Position numbers and translations under genes: made by a program | From: Balanoglossus misakiensis | Taxonomy: Eukaryota; Animalia; Hemichordata | Length of the DNA stretch: 64,000 nucleotides | Assembly (NCBI GenBank): GCA_040954595.2 | Contig: CM082588.2 | Location: forward strand, 5,902,202 to 5,966,201 | Reading direction: 5' to 3' | Notes under the pieces: generated by a model | Database searches by the model: none | Seen by the model: the letters and a program-made list of their open reading frames with translations, nothing else | Told to the model about the DNA's origin: nothing | In this document: positions 12,957 to 26,788 of the stretch, piece by piece | Layout of the letters: each line of letters begins with the position of its first letter | Position numbering within the stretch: position 1 is the stretch's first letter

Positions 12957-14192
12957 ATGGCTACAACAACGTCAACGCCGTACAACCCGACTAGTACTGT
13001 GGCGGCCGGCACCACGTCAACATCAGACAACATGCATACCCATGTTTCGCAAGCCACAATGTTTCAGCGCGACTCGCCGAAAATCGCCACCGATTTCATG
13101 ACTGCACCACCGAACGTGGGTAATAGCCACCCGCTCAGCCACCCTGCCGGACCTCAATGGATCGGACTCACGCCACACACAGAGACGAGCCCATGGCCAA
13201 CCGGAATCCCAACCTCAGTTCTCGGACAAGACATAAAAACGACACTGGTACAGGGTAGAGACGATATGCAAGGACAGGTCCCTCACCGAACACATCACCA
13301 CCCGCAAGTCCCACACCCCGGCGCATGGAATTCACCAGTAAGTTCAGCTCATATGCCAATGAGCACAGGCGGTTCTGTGTACAGCCATCCTCACGGAGGC
13401 TATGTCAACGTAAACGGCATGATGAACCCGACCGCACAACTAGGAGCGCACCTCCGCGAAAGCCACAACGGCGACCACCACGAAATGTCCGACGACGACG
13501 CCCCGTCGTCCGACGATCTGGAGCAATTCGCAAAACAGTTCAAACAGCGGCGCATCAAATTGGGTTTTACGCAGGCAGACGTTGGGCTCGCCCTGGGCAC
13601 ACTGTACGGTAACGTATTCAGTCAAACAACAATATGTCGCTTTGAAGCGCTTCAGCTTAGCTTCAAGAACATGTGCAAGCTAAAACCGCTGCTACAAAAG
13701 TGGCTGGAGGAAGCGGACTCGACCACGGGGTCCCCGACGAGCATCGACAAGATAGCGGCGCAGGGCCGCAAACGCAAGAAGCGTACGAGCATAGAGGTGA
13801 CTGTCAAAGGGGCCCTGGAAAACCACTTTTTGAAACAGCCAAAACCCTCCGCTCCCGAGATCACCCAGTTGGCCGAAAACTTGCAGTTAGAGAAAGAAGT
13901 AGTCCGCGTCTGGTTTTGTAACAGACGGCAAAAGGAGAAGCGGATGACCCCACCGGTTATAGGAGTTACGAACGACTCAGTTTTAGGAGGCCATCTACCG
14001 CCCGGTAGTGGCGGACCGACCGATTCACCGTCGTACGCCGGCAGTATTTCAACGAAACGAGAGTCGCCCGACCTGCGAGACATCATGCAATCGTCGCCCG
14101 GTCTCGCCCAGTCTGCTGGGCACATTTCTGTCACAATGGCTTCGTCCCCACCGTCATCACACATCATGTCCGTGGCCCAGGCAGCACAATGA
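12957..14192 (+). CDS. pou3: Class III POU homeodomain transcription factor (Brn1/2/4, POU3F-like), single exon, 411 aa
   Basis: Complete POU-specific domain (~13491-13721, [69 protein letters not shown]). POU3-diagnostic linker [19 protein letters not shown] homeodomain (~13767-13946, [10 protein letters not shown]...[16 protein letters not shown]) followed by TPP. N-terminal motifs [17 protein letters not shown] and QDIK resemble vertebrate POU3F N-termini. Uninterrupted ORF, as is typical for POU3 genes. Confidence 0.98.
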   Translation: MATTTSTPYNPTSTVAAGTTSTSDNMHTHVSQATMFQRDSPKIATDFMTAPPNVGNSHPLSHPAGPQWIGLTPHTETSPWPTGIPTSVLGQDIKTTLVQGRDDMQGQVPHRTHHHPQVPHPGAWNSPVSSAHMPMSTGGSVYSHPHGGYVNVNGMMNPTAQLGAHLRESHNGDHHEMSDDDAPSSDDLEQFAKQFKQRRIKLGFTQADVGLALGTLYGNVFSQTTICRFEALQLSFKNMCKLKPLLQKWLEEADSTTGSPTSIDKIAAQGRKRKKRTSIEVTVKGALENHFLKQPKPSAPEITQLAENLQLEKEVVRVWFCNRRQKEKRMTPPVIGVTNDSVLGGHLPPGSGGPTDSPSYAGSISTKRESPDLRDIMQSSPGLAQSAGHISVTMASSPPSSHIMSVAQAAQ

Positions 14193-15530
14193 GCGAGAGA
14201 AAAAGAGACTTGAGACTGTGAGTACATCCACACAAAACACCTCAGCCTGTTTTAGTGTAAAACCACGCTATTGCTTTGAGCGGCTGCTTTATTGACTGCA
14301 GTTTTTTCCTATTCAGTGCTATGTATTGAGTTTTCCTTTGGACAATGCAGCGAGTCTGACAAGAGAAGGCCCCTACTTTGGCGAATCTAGTGGGCGTTCA
14401 GTATAAGTTTACCAATATAAGGGAAACAGTTTTATTTTTTAAACCGCTGCATGTCACACACAACTCATTCCCGCAGCTTTTCACGACATTTACCGGCGAG
14501 TTTGTTATTTTTTTGTTTGTCAACCCACCCGTGCTGCCCGCAATAACTCCAAGCCACGAATGTAAATGTGTATAACTCGGTGCAGAGAGACAATATCTTA
14601 TTGGCCAGGTATGAAATGGACAACAAGTAACTGGCCAATAGCAAGCCACGTTTGTCGTTCTGTATCCTACAACATGCCAAAATTGTAAGTTGATTTAATG
14701 TGTATATGTTGGTCTGAATTCACGTTCGTGTACTTTTTGGTCGAAACTGCACATCAAACGTTCGTTTATGTCAATCACTCAAAAAAGTCAACTTTTTTTT
14801 GTTCTGCTTGCTTTTCTGTGAAGAACTCATTTGGCGTCGCCAAAAGTAGATTTAAATTATGCAGGTTTTTTTGTTCTTATTTAAAGACATCTTCCACAAC
14901 AAAAACCAGGGTAAATTTTATGTTATTATTAGGTGAAATAGTAAGATTATTATGCTGTTTATGGGGCTAGGGAATGGGCCATAGGGGAGGGATGGGTCGT
15001 TCCACGCTAGCCTTGTTCGGCGAGGCAATTAGCATACATTTAGCTTAGTCGTAAAGTCCACTGCACATGATACCAGTGTGTACATAACGTGCACCTTGAC
15101 ACTTTAACTCACCTCTATAAGTTGTCTATGCCACCACCTTAATTTTCAAAATGTACAGTTAACTAATAATAGTACAGACCAATTTTTTCAAACAAAAAAC
15201 GTTTATATTCTTATGTTCAGTTTTATTTTATTTTTAAGAGAGACTTGAATATTTCTCCTTTCTGAGAGAGATGTGAAGACTTTGGCGTTGTCATGACAAT
15301 TTAATTTAAAACTGTATTGTTTACGCTTCCAAAGTCGACGTTGTCATAGTACCAAAAGACATATATTTTATATTAACTGCTACAAAAACGGACGAGAACA
15401 TTTTAACGTCAACGAACTTATTTGTGATTAAATTAGACTTAAATGTATTTGTAGTTAGTGTCCTAACCACGTCTTATCATTGTACCAAAAAAAATTCTTG
15501 AGACAATAAATACGATTTTGGAAGAGAATT
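14193..15530 (+). other. Probable 3' UTR of the POU3 mRNA (~1.3 kb)
   Basis: U/AU-rich sequence following the stop codon and ending at a canonical poly(A) signal context. The 3' end is approximate. Confidence 0.6.
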
Positions 15531-15570
15531 TAGCTTGGTGGCGCAGTTTTTGTTGTTCGTGTTTGCGGTA
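15481..15570 (+). terminator. Polyadenylation signal region
   Basis: AATAAA at 15505-15510, upstream TGTA (CFIm) at 15481-15484, and downstream GU-rich element GTTTTTGTTGTTCGTGTTTG from 15546. Confidence 0.7.
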
Positions 15571-18500
15571 GACTGAATATTTACCATGTTTGTTTCCGTG
15601 AAACATTTCATCGTTGTGCTAATATATATCATCTTTGTTATTAAAAGTACCGTTTAAATTAACATGATTGTTGGGATAGGAGAGATTCTTCGGCCTTAAA
15701 AAAAAACGATTCTACGATTGACACACGAAATTGTCATTCAGGGTAGAATGCCGTCATTAAAATGCTGAAAATATCAAAATATGCCGCTTTAAAAAACAAC
15801 AACTGCATTATACAACATGGCAGCTAGCGTGGTGTTTTTTCTCTCTTCATTTCCATCGGATTTAGATGGCGTTAGAATCCATGTTATATGTTCGGCGTTT
15901 GCGTCCATTAAAATTTCTCTACATGGGAGCCATAGCAGTTTTGTCCATGAGATCTTTCTCTTTGTCTGCGAATACTGTATTTTATCGAATTTGAAACTAT
16001 AAGCTTCTACGCCAATCACAAAAATAACACGGAAGAGCTCAGGCTTGAATGAAAAACACCATGCTTAGCAGCTGCATAGTGCTGTATTACTGTTGCGTTT
16101 ATGTAGATGGCGAGCGAAAGCCCTAATTTCACATGGCTTGCTTCTGTCGGTATTGGCCCTCAGCTGACCCCTTATTGATTTTCAAGGTAAAAATAACTGA
16201 TTTGGTTAATAATGAGTGTTCTTTTCAGCGAGTCAAATGCCTTCAGACGAAAGGGGGATCACCCGGTCTATATTTGCATTCGCCGCCATGAACGTAAATT
16301 TTACTGCCAGCTCACGGAGAGGAGGAGATATTTAGCTGTCGGTGTAAAAAGACAAGTGTGGGTTCTCGACTAGTCGACCCTGACACGCGATATTTTATGC
16401 TGTCGACCGAAATGTTCACCTTCGGGTTGAAATAGCGCGACGGTTCCTCGACAATGCCTTAAAGTGTCTTAGTGTACCACCTGGTTTTCTTCTCGACAGG
16501 GGAGACGATCGTGTAAATTGGTGCTGTGTTTTGTGCGGCTTTCACGTCCAAAAAATTGGCAATTAACGACAAAAGGGGTTGCTTCGCGAGAAACTGTGTC
16601 GCCGCTGTGAACAGCCCGTTGTGTCAATTGTTTTGCACAGCTTGGGTAGTTAGCGAGCTGGTCTATTTAAAGCAAGCCATATGGGCCAGCTCGATGTGCA
16701 ATTTGTACGCCCGTACACACTGCCATGTGAAGCCATTCGCGCCATGCCCCCATATTTTCACATGGGCAGGGAGAGAACAGATCAACACGAAGCGAAACAA
16801 AAAGACAAAAAATGTCGCCTCGGAACACTCTCCTGACGGGGGATTAAAAACAAGAGTTTATTGTTCACTTGAGTTTAAGCCCCGACAAACACTGCAAATG
16901 AGACACGACACCTTCACTGCAACGAGAGGAGTGAGTGAATTACAAATGGCCTCCGAGTTTACACAGCCAATGATTTTATCGTTTACAACGCACGTGATGA
17001 TGCCACAGTGCATAGTTTTTCGATTGTGATGAACACCAAAATATCCCCGATCCCGGTGAAGACGTCGATATGAAAGACGACTGTTTTTGGAAGCCATCGG
17101 CGCGGTTAAATTAACGACGCAAGAAAACCTGAAAAATGAGGCCCTCTTTGACAGAACAGTGTTCTTGTTAGCTGAATCGTTTGCTTGCACCTGTCAGTCG
17201 TACTCCCGTCCTTCATATTTTAATCTAGGTTTAAACGTGTGTCATATATAGCAGGCTCGTTGGGAGTATTTTTATCCAGCAGGTCGATGGCAGTGATGTC
17301 ACAATTTTGACCAAGTGTTCTGTGCCACTTACATCTCTGTCGCCTTTTTTATTTTATATTGTTGACAATTGCTTGTAGAGCTTTGCCCGGCCAACAGTTT
17401 TTAAGTACATGTAATTGAATTAGTAAACAACGCGACGGCAGGCAGTGAAACACCGAAGTACTAAACACGCCGCTGGCCAGGCAGATACCTTTACTAATTA
17501 GCTTCAAATTGTCTTATGATTCACGGCTGCTAAAATCCACTTGGACAAAATTCAAAATGACTAGTGTCGTTCCGTTGCACTTTCAGAATTTATCGCTTGA
17601 CCCCAATTTTTTGTAATGAAACCTCCATATCAGCAGACGGTCAGACTCGCTCTCATCCCCCGCGAGTATTTGCACTAAAACTTGGGGCAATTTCCATCCA
17701 AATTTACACATTTCTTGATAAAGTCTGAATTGAAACTGGCACGTCCAGACGATCTAAAAGCAGACAAGGTGAGTCAACGGCGTTGGTACTTCGGTTAGCT
17801 AGTGGCCAGTTGTAAACAGACGAGAACAATACATCATAGTCCACAAGCGGCACCCTGGCCCATTTCTTTTGTATCGCGGCCTTTTACACGCTGCCTTAGG
17901 TGAGTCACATTTTTGTCATTGATTACAACCTTCTTCCTGTTTTCTGAAAATGTCAGATGGGACAGTGGAGATGAAAGGAGACTTAAAATGGACGCCATTG
18001 GTGAAAGGGCAGTTGGCCGTGTGTGCCGGACAAAACGCTACATTTCAATCTTGAAAAGTGGTGATGTAACCCTACAACCACTTTCTCGTTTAATTAAAAA
18101 ATCTACCTGGCGATAACTAGCCACCCAGGTGTCAATTGGGTGGCGAATAGAAGAAAATTCCTGCCCCCACGTTGAAAAAAAAATCCAAAACAACAGCTAC
18201 CATGCGGGCAGCTGTGGTCGTGTACTTCCGATACAGGTTGATAGGGTAGTCACTGTGTTGGGAAAATACCCCGGTTGCTTAAAATACAACTGTCGTTACA
18301 CTATACTGCCGTTCGTTTTCATTATGATAATCCCGTATAATGTGAAGCCATTGATCAATGGAAAACTATAAAATATTAATACAATTGCTCGTCTATCGCA
18401 ATCTTGACCACCTTCATTACAATTGCTAATAATTGCCGTGAACTGGGATGTGCTTACACGAAGTGCTGGTTCTGCGACAGACGTTGAATACATATTGAAC

Positions 18501-21178
18501 CAGCCGCGTGTAACTCAGAGAAAAGGTGTCAGGGCTGCGGAAGTGCAGCATTTTTCGGAGGCCATACACAGGTGGTGTGGACGAGCGTCTTTCAAAGAGG
18601 TCGGACTCAAAGGGCTGAGTGGATTTCTCGAGAGTTTTTAAACGCCGTCACCGTTTTGACGGGCTTGTTTTTTTGTTGTCCGCATTGTGTGGATAAACTA
18701 GTGAGAGTGGTCGGGGTTGTTGTTTTGGGCGTGAAAACGAACGTGTTGGAACGCGGCGGTGCTGGGTGAGATTTGGTCGAGTGTTCTGAAGCCCCGTGTC
18801 TATGAACCGTGGATTAGTTCTCGCGGACTAGGGTGTCAGAAGATAGCCTGTTGTCTTCAGTAGCATCTACGTGTAAAAAGCATTGTTTCTACGTTCCCTT
18901 GAAGCGTCGGGAGTCGTATATTTAGCATTCCGCAAACCGCTGCTTTTTACGATTTGCTGGCAACGGGCCGGAGTGAACTCAGGTACGCGGATAATGAAAA
19001 AGATGGCGTCGCCGCGACTAGCTGGTTGCCCCGGGGGACTGGGAAAAAATAACCATATTGTGCAAGAATTGAACCACGAGAACCGACCGGCAACACAAGC
19101 AAATGATTGCACCTATCGCCTGCAACACTCCAATGTGTTGTCATTCGCCGCTGCTGCAAATGTTGACCAAACGGCACATTGCTCGGTGCGCATGCGCGGA
19201 CGATTTGTTCGCGTGACTATTGACATGTATGTCTGGATAGTCAATCACAATTCGGTACAGCAGAAACTTTCCCCAAATTTAAACAAAAATGACATTTTAA
19301 GGCCACGCGACTTTGCAGTTAGTTGTCGCAGCATCGTAAAAAAAATCCGAATGGACGTCTGTAAAAAGCTGCTTGCGCCTTTCGCTCGGAGCTATAATCT
19401 GTCAAAACGGGGAAAGAGAGAGGGGGAGGCGTTTGTCAAGTTGTCTCAAGTAAACAACAGACGAAGATAAATTTTTCAGCATGCCCGAGAGTGGAGTCCT
19501 GCCAAAATTGTCACAGCCTCTCCCTTTCTTGATTTTTCATCGAGCTCGGGGCTCGGGGGCTTGCCGTTGCTCTGCAGTCACTCCCGTTGCCCGTAATGAT
19601 ATTACGTCTGCTCGAGTCGGTCTTCAATCTTGTAGCCGAAACGACATTACCCGCGAACGTTGAATCACGTAGAGGCAATAAGAAAGCAGGCTAGCGCTGT
19701 GTCTAAGACACCCTTTTATTTCTGTCACTTTTCTCACAAATCACGCGGACGTGAGCGCTCGTAGCCGCCGCCTCGCCTTTAGTCGATTCGCCCCGTAATT
19801 ACTGACAGTGTATGCAGAAAATTTAACAAACACAACTTTGAGAACGGGGGAATTCAGCGCCCATGAAAGGGCTCCTCTATTTTATCAGCAACGGTAGTAT
19901 TAGAAACCCCCCTTTATTTTCAGTTAATTTTTCCCGGTACTTGTAATTCAGCCCGGGCCTGCCATGCTATCCAAAATGGGGCGTGCGAGTACAATAAAAC
20001 GAGACTGCCGCCTTTTGTGTGCAAACTACCCGGCATTGTTAGCATTGTATATTTAGCGTATAGTGCTCAATTTGGTCGTGTTTTCTCGGCGAAGACATTT
20101 ACCCAAAGACTTAGTGAAAAGAGCACGGAGGAAGGGCCTTAATGTGTAATCCGTGTGTGGGAGCATTAACATACCCGGGCGTTTTATTAGAGCGAGCGAG
20201 CGAGCAGGGATTAAGAAGCAGCAAGCAAAGGCCGAGCGAGGAAAATACCTCAATAATGCGCGAAAAGGTCGCTGATAATACCCCCATACAGTCCTAGATT
20301 AATTTTCATAACGATACCATAGAAAACACGCCCCGAGCTACTGACGGATGACTAAGCCCCCTGTATTCGTTCACTGGCATCTTCCGCACTGCAACCCATT
20401 CCGATAGTCTGAAATCGGACAAAGGAAAGAAAAAAGAGATATAAGGTGGGGGGGGGGGAGAGATCGTTTCTGAACAGTAGAAAAAGACTCAGACTTCAAG
20501 TGGTTTGCCAATGCAGACCCTTGCTCAGTGCTGCCACGAAATCATCCGCGCAAAAATATATTAATTTATTTTAAACTACATTTAAAATATATTCTTCCCG
20601 TGAGAGGGGATTTTGACCTATCGTACACCGACTAAAATAGACGTATTCCCTGTCTGCAAAACCGAACGGACATAACTTGATAAGCTGCAGGTTTTATGTC
20701 ATTTGCTGAGTTGTTTGACCAAAACAAAGCTATATCTTGGTGTGAAAGGGTTGGCACAAATATTAACCGATTAAGGAAATCAATGAAATTAAAATACTGA
20801 GTCTACATGAAACCATAATACACCTTTTTAGAAAAATATGTTTGGTTGAAAATACAAATCGCGATCGTTCCAGGTGAAAGTGACTTTTGTTATTAATGTG
20901 AAGGTTTAGCCAATGATGTCAAATCAGATCGACTTCCGCCTGGATGCTTTTTATTTGCTAGTGGCTGGGGTCTTTTTTTCACTCTCTCCCCGTATTTACT
21001 CATCTATTTGTGTCGGAGCTATTCTTTGCTTCGCAATCAAGTGACTCGCCGTGCTCTGCAGGTCCCTCCCAGCGGACGTGGGCCCGATTCTGGCTTCAGT
21101 CTGCGGAGAGCCGAGAGTTTTAAGTTCAACAGCCCAGAAACGATGCGAAGGCGCCTTTTGTATGAAGAGAGGGTAGGC

Positions 21179-21208
21179 GAGAGAGAGAGAGACAGAGAGA
21201 GAGAGAGA
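21179..21208. repeat. (GA)n microsatellite
   Basis: Direct reading, one interruption. Confidence 0.9.
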
Positions 21209-24200
21209 AATCCCCGAGTCTGCAAGAGACACCCTTTACTGCCGTGCCAAATTGTGTATTTTACGATGTGGTTGTAACTGGACAGCGTTATAGCGCTGGC
21301 TTTGCCCGCCCACAGCCCCGACCGACAACAAACCCGGCCCCAGTAATGCCAAGACGCAGTGTTTGCATTGTTTTCACGCTGTCAAACATCACGGTGCAGC
21401 CACACAAAAGGCAACTGTGTGCCCAAGAGTGCCCTCCACCGGTATCCCATAGCAACCAGTTTAAGAGCCCCCCTCATCCACGTGCTCGGCCCGGTATGGG
21501 GAAAAGCTGCTAACCAAACAACTTTAGGGGAACTTTCCCTCGGCTTAGAAATATTACGCTGAAAGAACTTGAAAAACAAAATACCGGATTTATTTGTCTA
21601 AATTATTGAGACAAGAGACCCCTCCTTGAGTGTATTGTCTTAGAGTTTGCTCCAGTTTCCCGCACCTCTTTGTCGTCCAGTCCATTACAGCCATGTTTTC
21701 TTTGCCTAACATTGGTCTCTGTTATGTTCACAACTTGGGAATGACAGAAACCTTGCTTGTCGTCTGCTTTGCACGTGTTCCCGAGAACATCCAAAGCTGT
21801 GATAAACACACATACTCTCGCTCTCTCTCACACAAGCGCATGGGCGATGTCTCGCACGCTATATTTTTCAGATGTGTGCAGAGCCGTTTGGTCACTCCGG
21901 CTTAAATATTTAATGAGTTTTCGTGCCCACATTACATTCTCCCCACATCCTCGGAAAAATCACCTGCCAGAAAACACGGCGCTATCACCGGGAACGGGCG
22001 CGATAAAAAAAAAACACAAGCCCTCGGTTTCGTTTCGATTCGTTGCGCTCCGTTCGAGCTCGGCGGAGCCCTGTCAGCCCTGAACGGCAGCGACTCAAAC
22101 AATAGACCTTTAAAATTAAAAGTTTCTCGTGGAAGGGCTTTGTTCAGCGATGCGTTGTGAATTCAACCCGTAAGTAGGTTTTTAAATTGGAATCACAACC
22201 GAGCTCGTATGAAATATTTACACCGTATGCGACAGAGCACGCGTTCGCTCTGCCCCCAGTGCAGCCAGGAATATTCGAATATGATGAGTGTTCGGCGAAA
22301 GTCCCAGGCGCTTTGGTATGCCATTTTTTGTGGAACAGAAACTCACCGAGACCCGATGTGCAATTTACTTAAGCATGACTTAACATTGTTTGTTCAGAGA
22401 GAGGTTAAAGTATTTTTAATCACACCGGCTTTTCAACCCTTACCCCCTCGTAGCTATGGATTAATTACAAGCGCAGAGACAATACTCCAAGACAACGCGG
22501 ATACACTCGCATTAAGAATGCTTTTTGACAAGGAGAGTGCACGAGTGTCGTTCGCTCTTAGCTGCAAGGGGGGAGAAAGGGCCACCTTCCACGATTAGCA
22601 AAAATAATAATTACAGAAAATGTGGTGTGCTCTTTTGAATATATTGGCAAGGCGCCAATAAAATCTTGCGCACACACGAAATTTCGATCAAATGAAGCGC
22701 GGCGACTCTCGTATGTTAACACACTCTCCAAAAACCGCGGAATTTTGATTAAAATTCATCGAAGTTTTAAAAATCGCGGACTTATAAAAGACGAAATGCC
22801 GCCCTGGTTTGGGAATACCTATGGCAGTGATATTTTATAAAGACCTATCTTCCTTTAACCCACTTAAATCTTTGATCGTAAACGATTGGATAATGGATGA
22901 AATCGAGAAAATGAATTATTTGCTTTTTATGGAAATTGGTAAAGTTTGTGAAGGCAATGATGCTTGGTTTCTAGAGACCGGTTTCCCGTATATATAAAAC
23001 AAACTATAAATGGATAAAATTTGTAAATAATATATTATTTAAATGGAAGTTTTTTTCTGATACATCTGGTGACAAATTATTGCTAAAATAACGAATTATA
23101 TGTCGCGAGTTTGGTGACGTAGGCTGTGATCGAAGTAAATGGGTCCTCCATGTAGCTGGTGTACACAGCATATCTCTGTGTCAACACTGCATGGGTCTAC
23201 TATTACCCTGCACATACATCCTGCACGCCTATATATGTATAAGGTCACGTTATGTTCGACGCGAACGTGGCTTTGTCGCTCTCGATATGTGTGGGTAGGG
23301 TCCCTCAGAATCTTGTAATGAGATGCGATTGTGCCTGACGACGAGATGCGACGAGACTTCCTGTACTGCCGACCACTCGAGTCCCCTACAGAAGGAGATA
23401 CCCGTGTCGGCGAAACTTTCATAGACCACGATTCGCCGTTTTCTTTAAAACAATGTTTTCTTTGCCCGTTTACACAGGCGATGTTCCGGCTCCAGGGCGG
23501 CGAGGATTTTCGGTGGGGTAGTTGTTGAACTCGGGCGACTGTGTTCGCTCTATTAGCCATCACAAGAAGGCCTTTATGGTGTTCTGTTTCAGGGAGAGTT
23601 GGCGACACGCGCTCTTTCACAGGTCGCCTTTCTGTTCCGATTTCCAGCGCACTGCCTAATTACTAAGCTCACCGGATCAATAGCCGGAGCAGACTCGCCC
23701 GATGAGCGATCAGAGCGCGATACCTCCTCGCTGCAAATAAAAAGTGTGTCGGCGTATACATAGCGGTGTGAGATGTCCGAGATTTCTCGTTCAATCACGT
23801 TTACCCTTCCCCTTTTCCTGTTCCTGCGACTCTAATTGTCGGCTAATTTAATCAACGCTTTCTCACCCGAACATCCTGGAAAAATTATTTTCATAACAAT
23901 TATTTCATTTGCGGAAGAAAAAAAGCCGCCCGCCCGTGTACACTCACCTATCCCTCTTCAATTAGATCGAAAATTGCCGACATAAATTCTCGGCCTTGCC
24001 TCCTACATCCACGCTTCCAGTAAATCTCTCAGAAAAAATCGATCGAAGACCCGTGCAGACGACAGAAGCACGTCTGGCTAGAATTTCCCGGGCTTCTGGG
24101 AGGATCTACACTAATGGAAAAAACTTGACAGACACGCTCAGGAATTAACAGACCGCATTTCTGGAGAACGCACCATGACAATTACAGAGGAGGAAAGAAA

Positions 24201-26788
24201 GACCTGGAACTAGGGGGGCTTAACTTTTCTCAGAGTGTCGTACGCCTCCAAATCCGACAAACAAGAAGGACGGATCGATAGAAACAATCCCCCGCTCAGT
24301 ATCTTCATCTTTGTAGTCAAACTCCGGTCACGACACAGAGACTATGAAAGTATGACCCCGCCAACACCCTCCGATAAAAAAGTTGACTACACACTGATCT
24401 TCCAAGTTGGTCCAAATTCATCGCTTCATATTAAGTCATTCGCAAGATTCTCCCTAAAAATCTCCCCCAATTGTCTCTGAGCGTTGCCATGGAGCCAGTC
24501 GGAAGAAGATGAAAATTTAGAGACCATAGCCCGGGAGAAGTATTGACCGCGACTAGCTCTTAACCCCGCAATGATAGTTCCTCTCAATTAACGCGTTCCC
24601 CTTATTGAAAATCAGCCGATTACTATTGATCAAGAACCCTTAGGGGTAACGAAGATGGACATGTTATTATTTTTCCCCCTGAACGCGAGAGTGAATTGTT
24701 GTGAAACTTTCAGGGGTAGTAATAAGCATTGGACTCTTATGTCCTTACCGTGTATTACGAGTGGAATAAAACGGCGACAATTGCTCTCATGAAAAGTGAA
24801 GTTATAATTTTGAAATGCTGATACTCTTAACCTTTTTTACGGCAGACGTTTTGGCGCCGAGAAGACAACAACAAATTCTCGTCTGCTTCATAAAACATAC
24901 TTAATTTTGCCTCTTTAAAAAATGTAAATATTGTCATCATCGGTTTTGGGTCGCGTTAACAGCTCATACGTGATTTTTTCGTAGGGAAGAGATCCCTTTA
25001 ATGTTGAAAATTTAACCAAATTGCTGCGAAATCTACCATTTCCGGGTCAGTCATGAAACTCCATTTCACGGGATTAGTTTTCATAGGGGATATATAGACG
25101 ACTTGACAGATTTAAAAATTATGGCTTCAAATATTAAGGTGTCTTTTGTATCTGCTCTCGAGATCATTAAATGGAAATTCATCATTACACCTTGATATAA
25201 ATGGCCGAGATTAGGATACGCCAAAATGACTAAATTTCCGATGTCGGAGTGAGCTAGTAAATCGAGGCCAATTCAGTACAAAGCGTCCATATCAAATATC
25301 AACAAACAGACACTTCTCAGAGAAAAATCCACTATTCTGTTATTCTTATTATATTTAACTTTGATGAATCTTGAACAACAATTTGTAAATACGTCCGAAA
25401 CCATTTTATAGTCTACACACATTTCATCTGTCTTTTGACCAAAAAACAACACTTTAAAATAAAAAATACCAACCAAAAATGTGCTGTACTGAAAAGAATT
25501 TTTCCAGAAAATAATGACACACGTTCAGTAAATATTGGGATTTTCAGTGTCACCGATAAATGTACAGCCGGGCTTCTAAATCTTAACCTAGTTTCCTCTC
25601 TTATAAGAAAGGTGTGTACCTTGCTTCCCTTTGCTTGACCATTCAGGTTTTTCCCTCTTTCCACTTCTGTGCGTTTTAACCATTCATCTTGTAAGATGTC
25701 ACTTTTTGCTTGATGTGTTTAATTAAACTTTCCGACGGTTTCGCTCGGATCAGTAACATCATTGAAACCTGTTTAAAAGTAAATATTTGTGTTTCATAAA
25801 TATATGATTGCAATGCAAATAGGTTGACTTGAATCATTGTCTTTTATAGAACTGCCAGGGTGAATGTGAACCAAAACACGAAATGTAACTGTGGATAGTT
25901 CAGTTGACGCAGTCGTTTCTGCGCATGAGCGTTAGAAAGCACTGAGTATACATGTATAGCTTTGTGTATTTGTGCCAGATCTGTCAAAGCATTGTACGCT
26001 ACGCGGACATCAAGAATGTGAAAATACGACACGCGAGTTTTACGACAAATGTGCCAATTTACGACAGCAAGGTTCGACATTAAACAACGCTGTAAAAGCA
26101 ATTGCTCACTGTTAAGTGGCCAGCAAAAACGCAGCTGAAATGTCGAAAATTGTTTGGAAATATTTCTTAATATTTGATGCGTGCCCCTGAAGTACGCGCA
26201 ATTATGGTTTAGAGGAGATTTCGTGTAAAGCCGAGACCAGATTTTCCCCCTCTGGTAAAATATTTTGTCAATAAAAGGTATCGCTCGAGCGGTTTTTATC
26301 AATTAATTTTATTTATGCCTTTCGAGCAAAACGGCTTACTTCTGGTATACGACAGCCATAAAATTAAATCCCCCGCCCGTAAATTTGTGACGATTTTGGG
26401 GATTCGTGAAGCTCGAAATACCGCGATCGTCAAACCACAAAAATGTGGTCGTCGAAATATTGAAACATTTCATACGATAATTGCGCATAAAAGAAGTAAA
26501 CAGTTTGTATAATTCGAGAGAGTTGCATATATTTTCTATGTCGCCTCTCCCGATTCATAAATGACAACTGTCCTCAAACTCAGTGCGTCTTCATTCCATC
26601 ACGATTTCGCTTTCACGATTCCGGTATGTATTTCATAGTATACAAAGTTAAATAAAAAGCAGTTTTTAAACATTTTAACATACCAATAAAATTATGTAAA
26701 AAGTGATGCTTTCTGATTACATGTTTCAACTATATATGCCATTCAAGCAGATGAAATTATCTAATTTCACACACAGTTTCTTGGCATT

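Noticed and set aside
13652-14233. 193-aa antisense ORF and other ORFs overlapping the POU3 CDS
   Set aside because: Shadow frames of a GC-rich coding sequence with no recognisable domain.
16526-19470. Long ORFs 16526..17029 (167 aa) and 18883..19470 (195 aa), also 23096..23620 and 36916..37383
   Set aside because: Non-ATG starts, random-looking composition, no domains and no supported exon structure.
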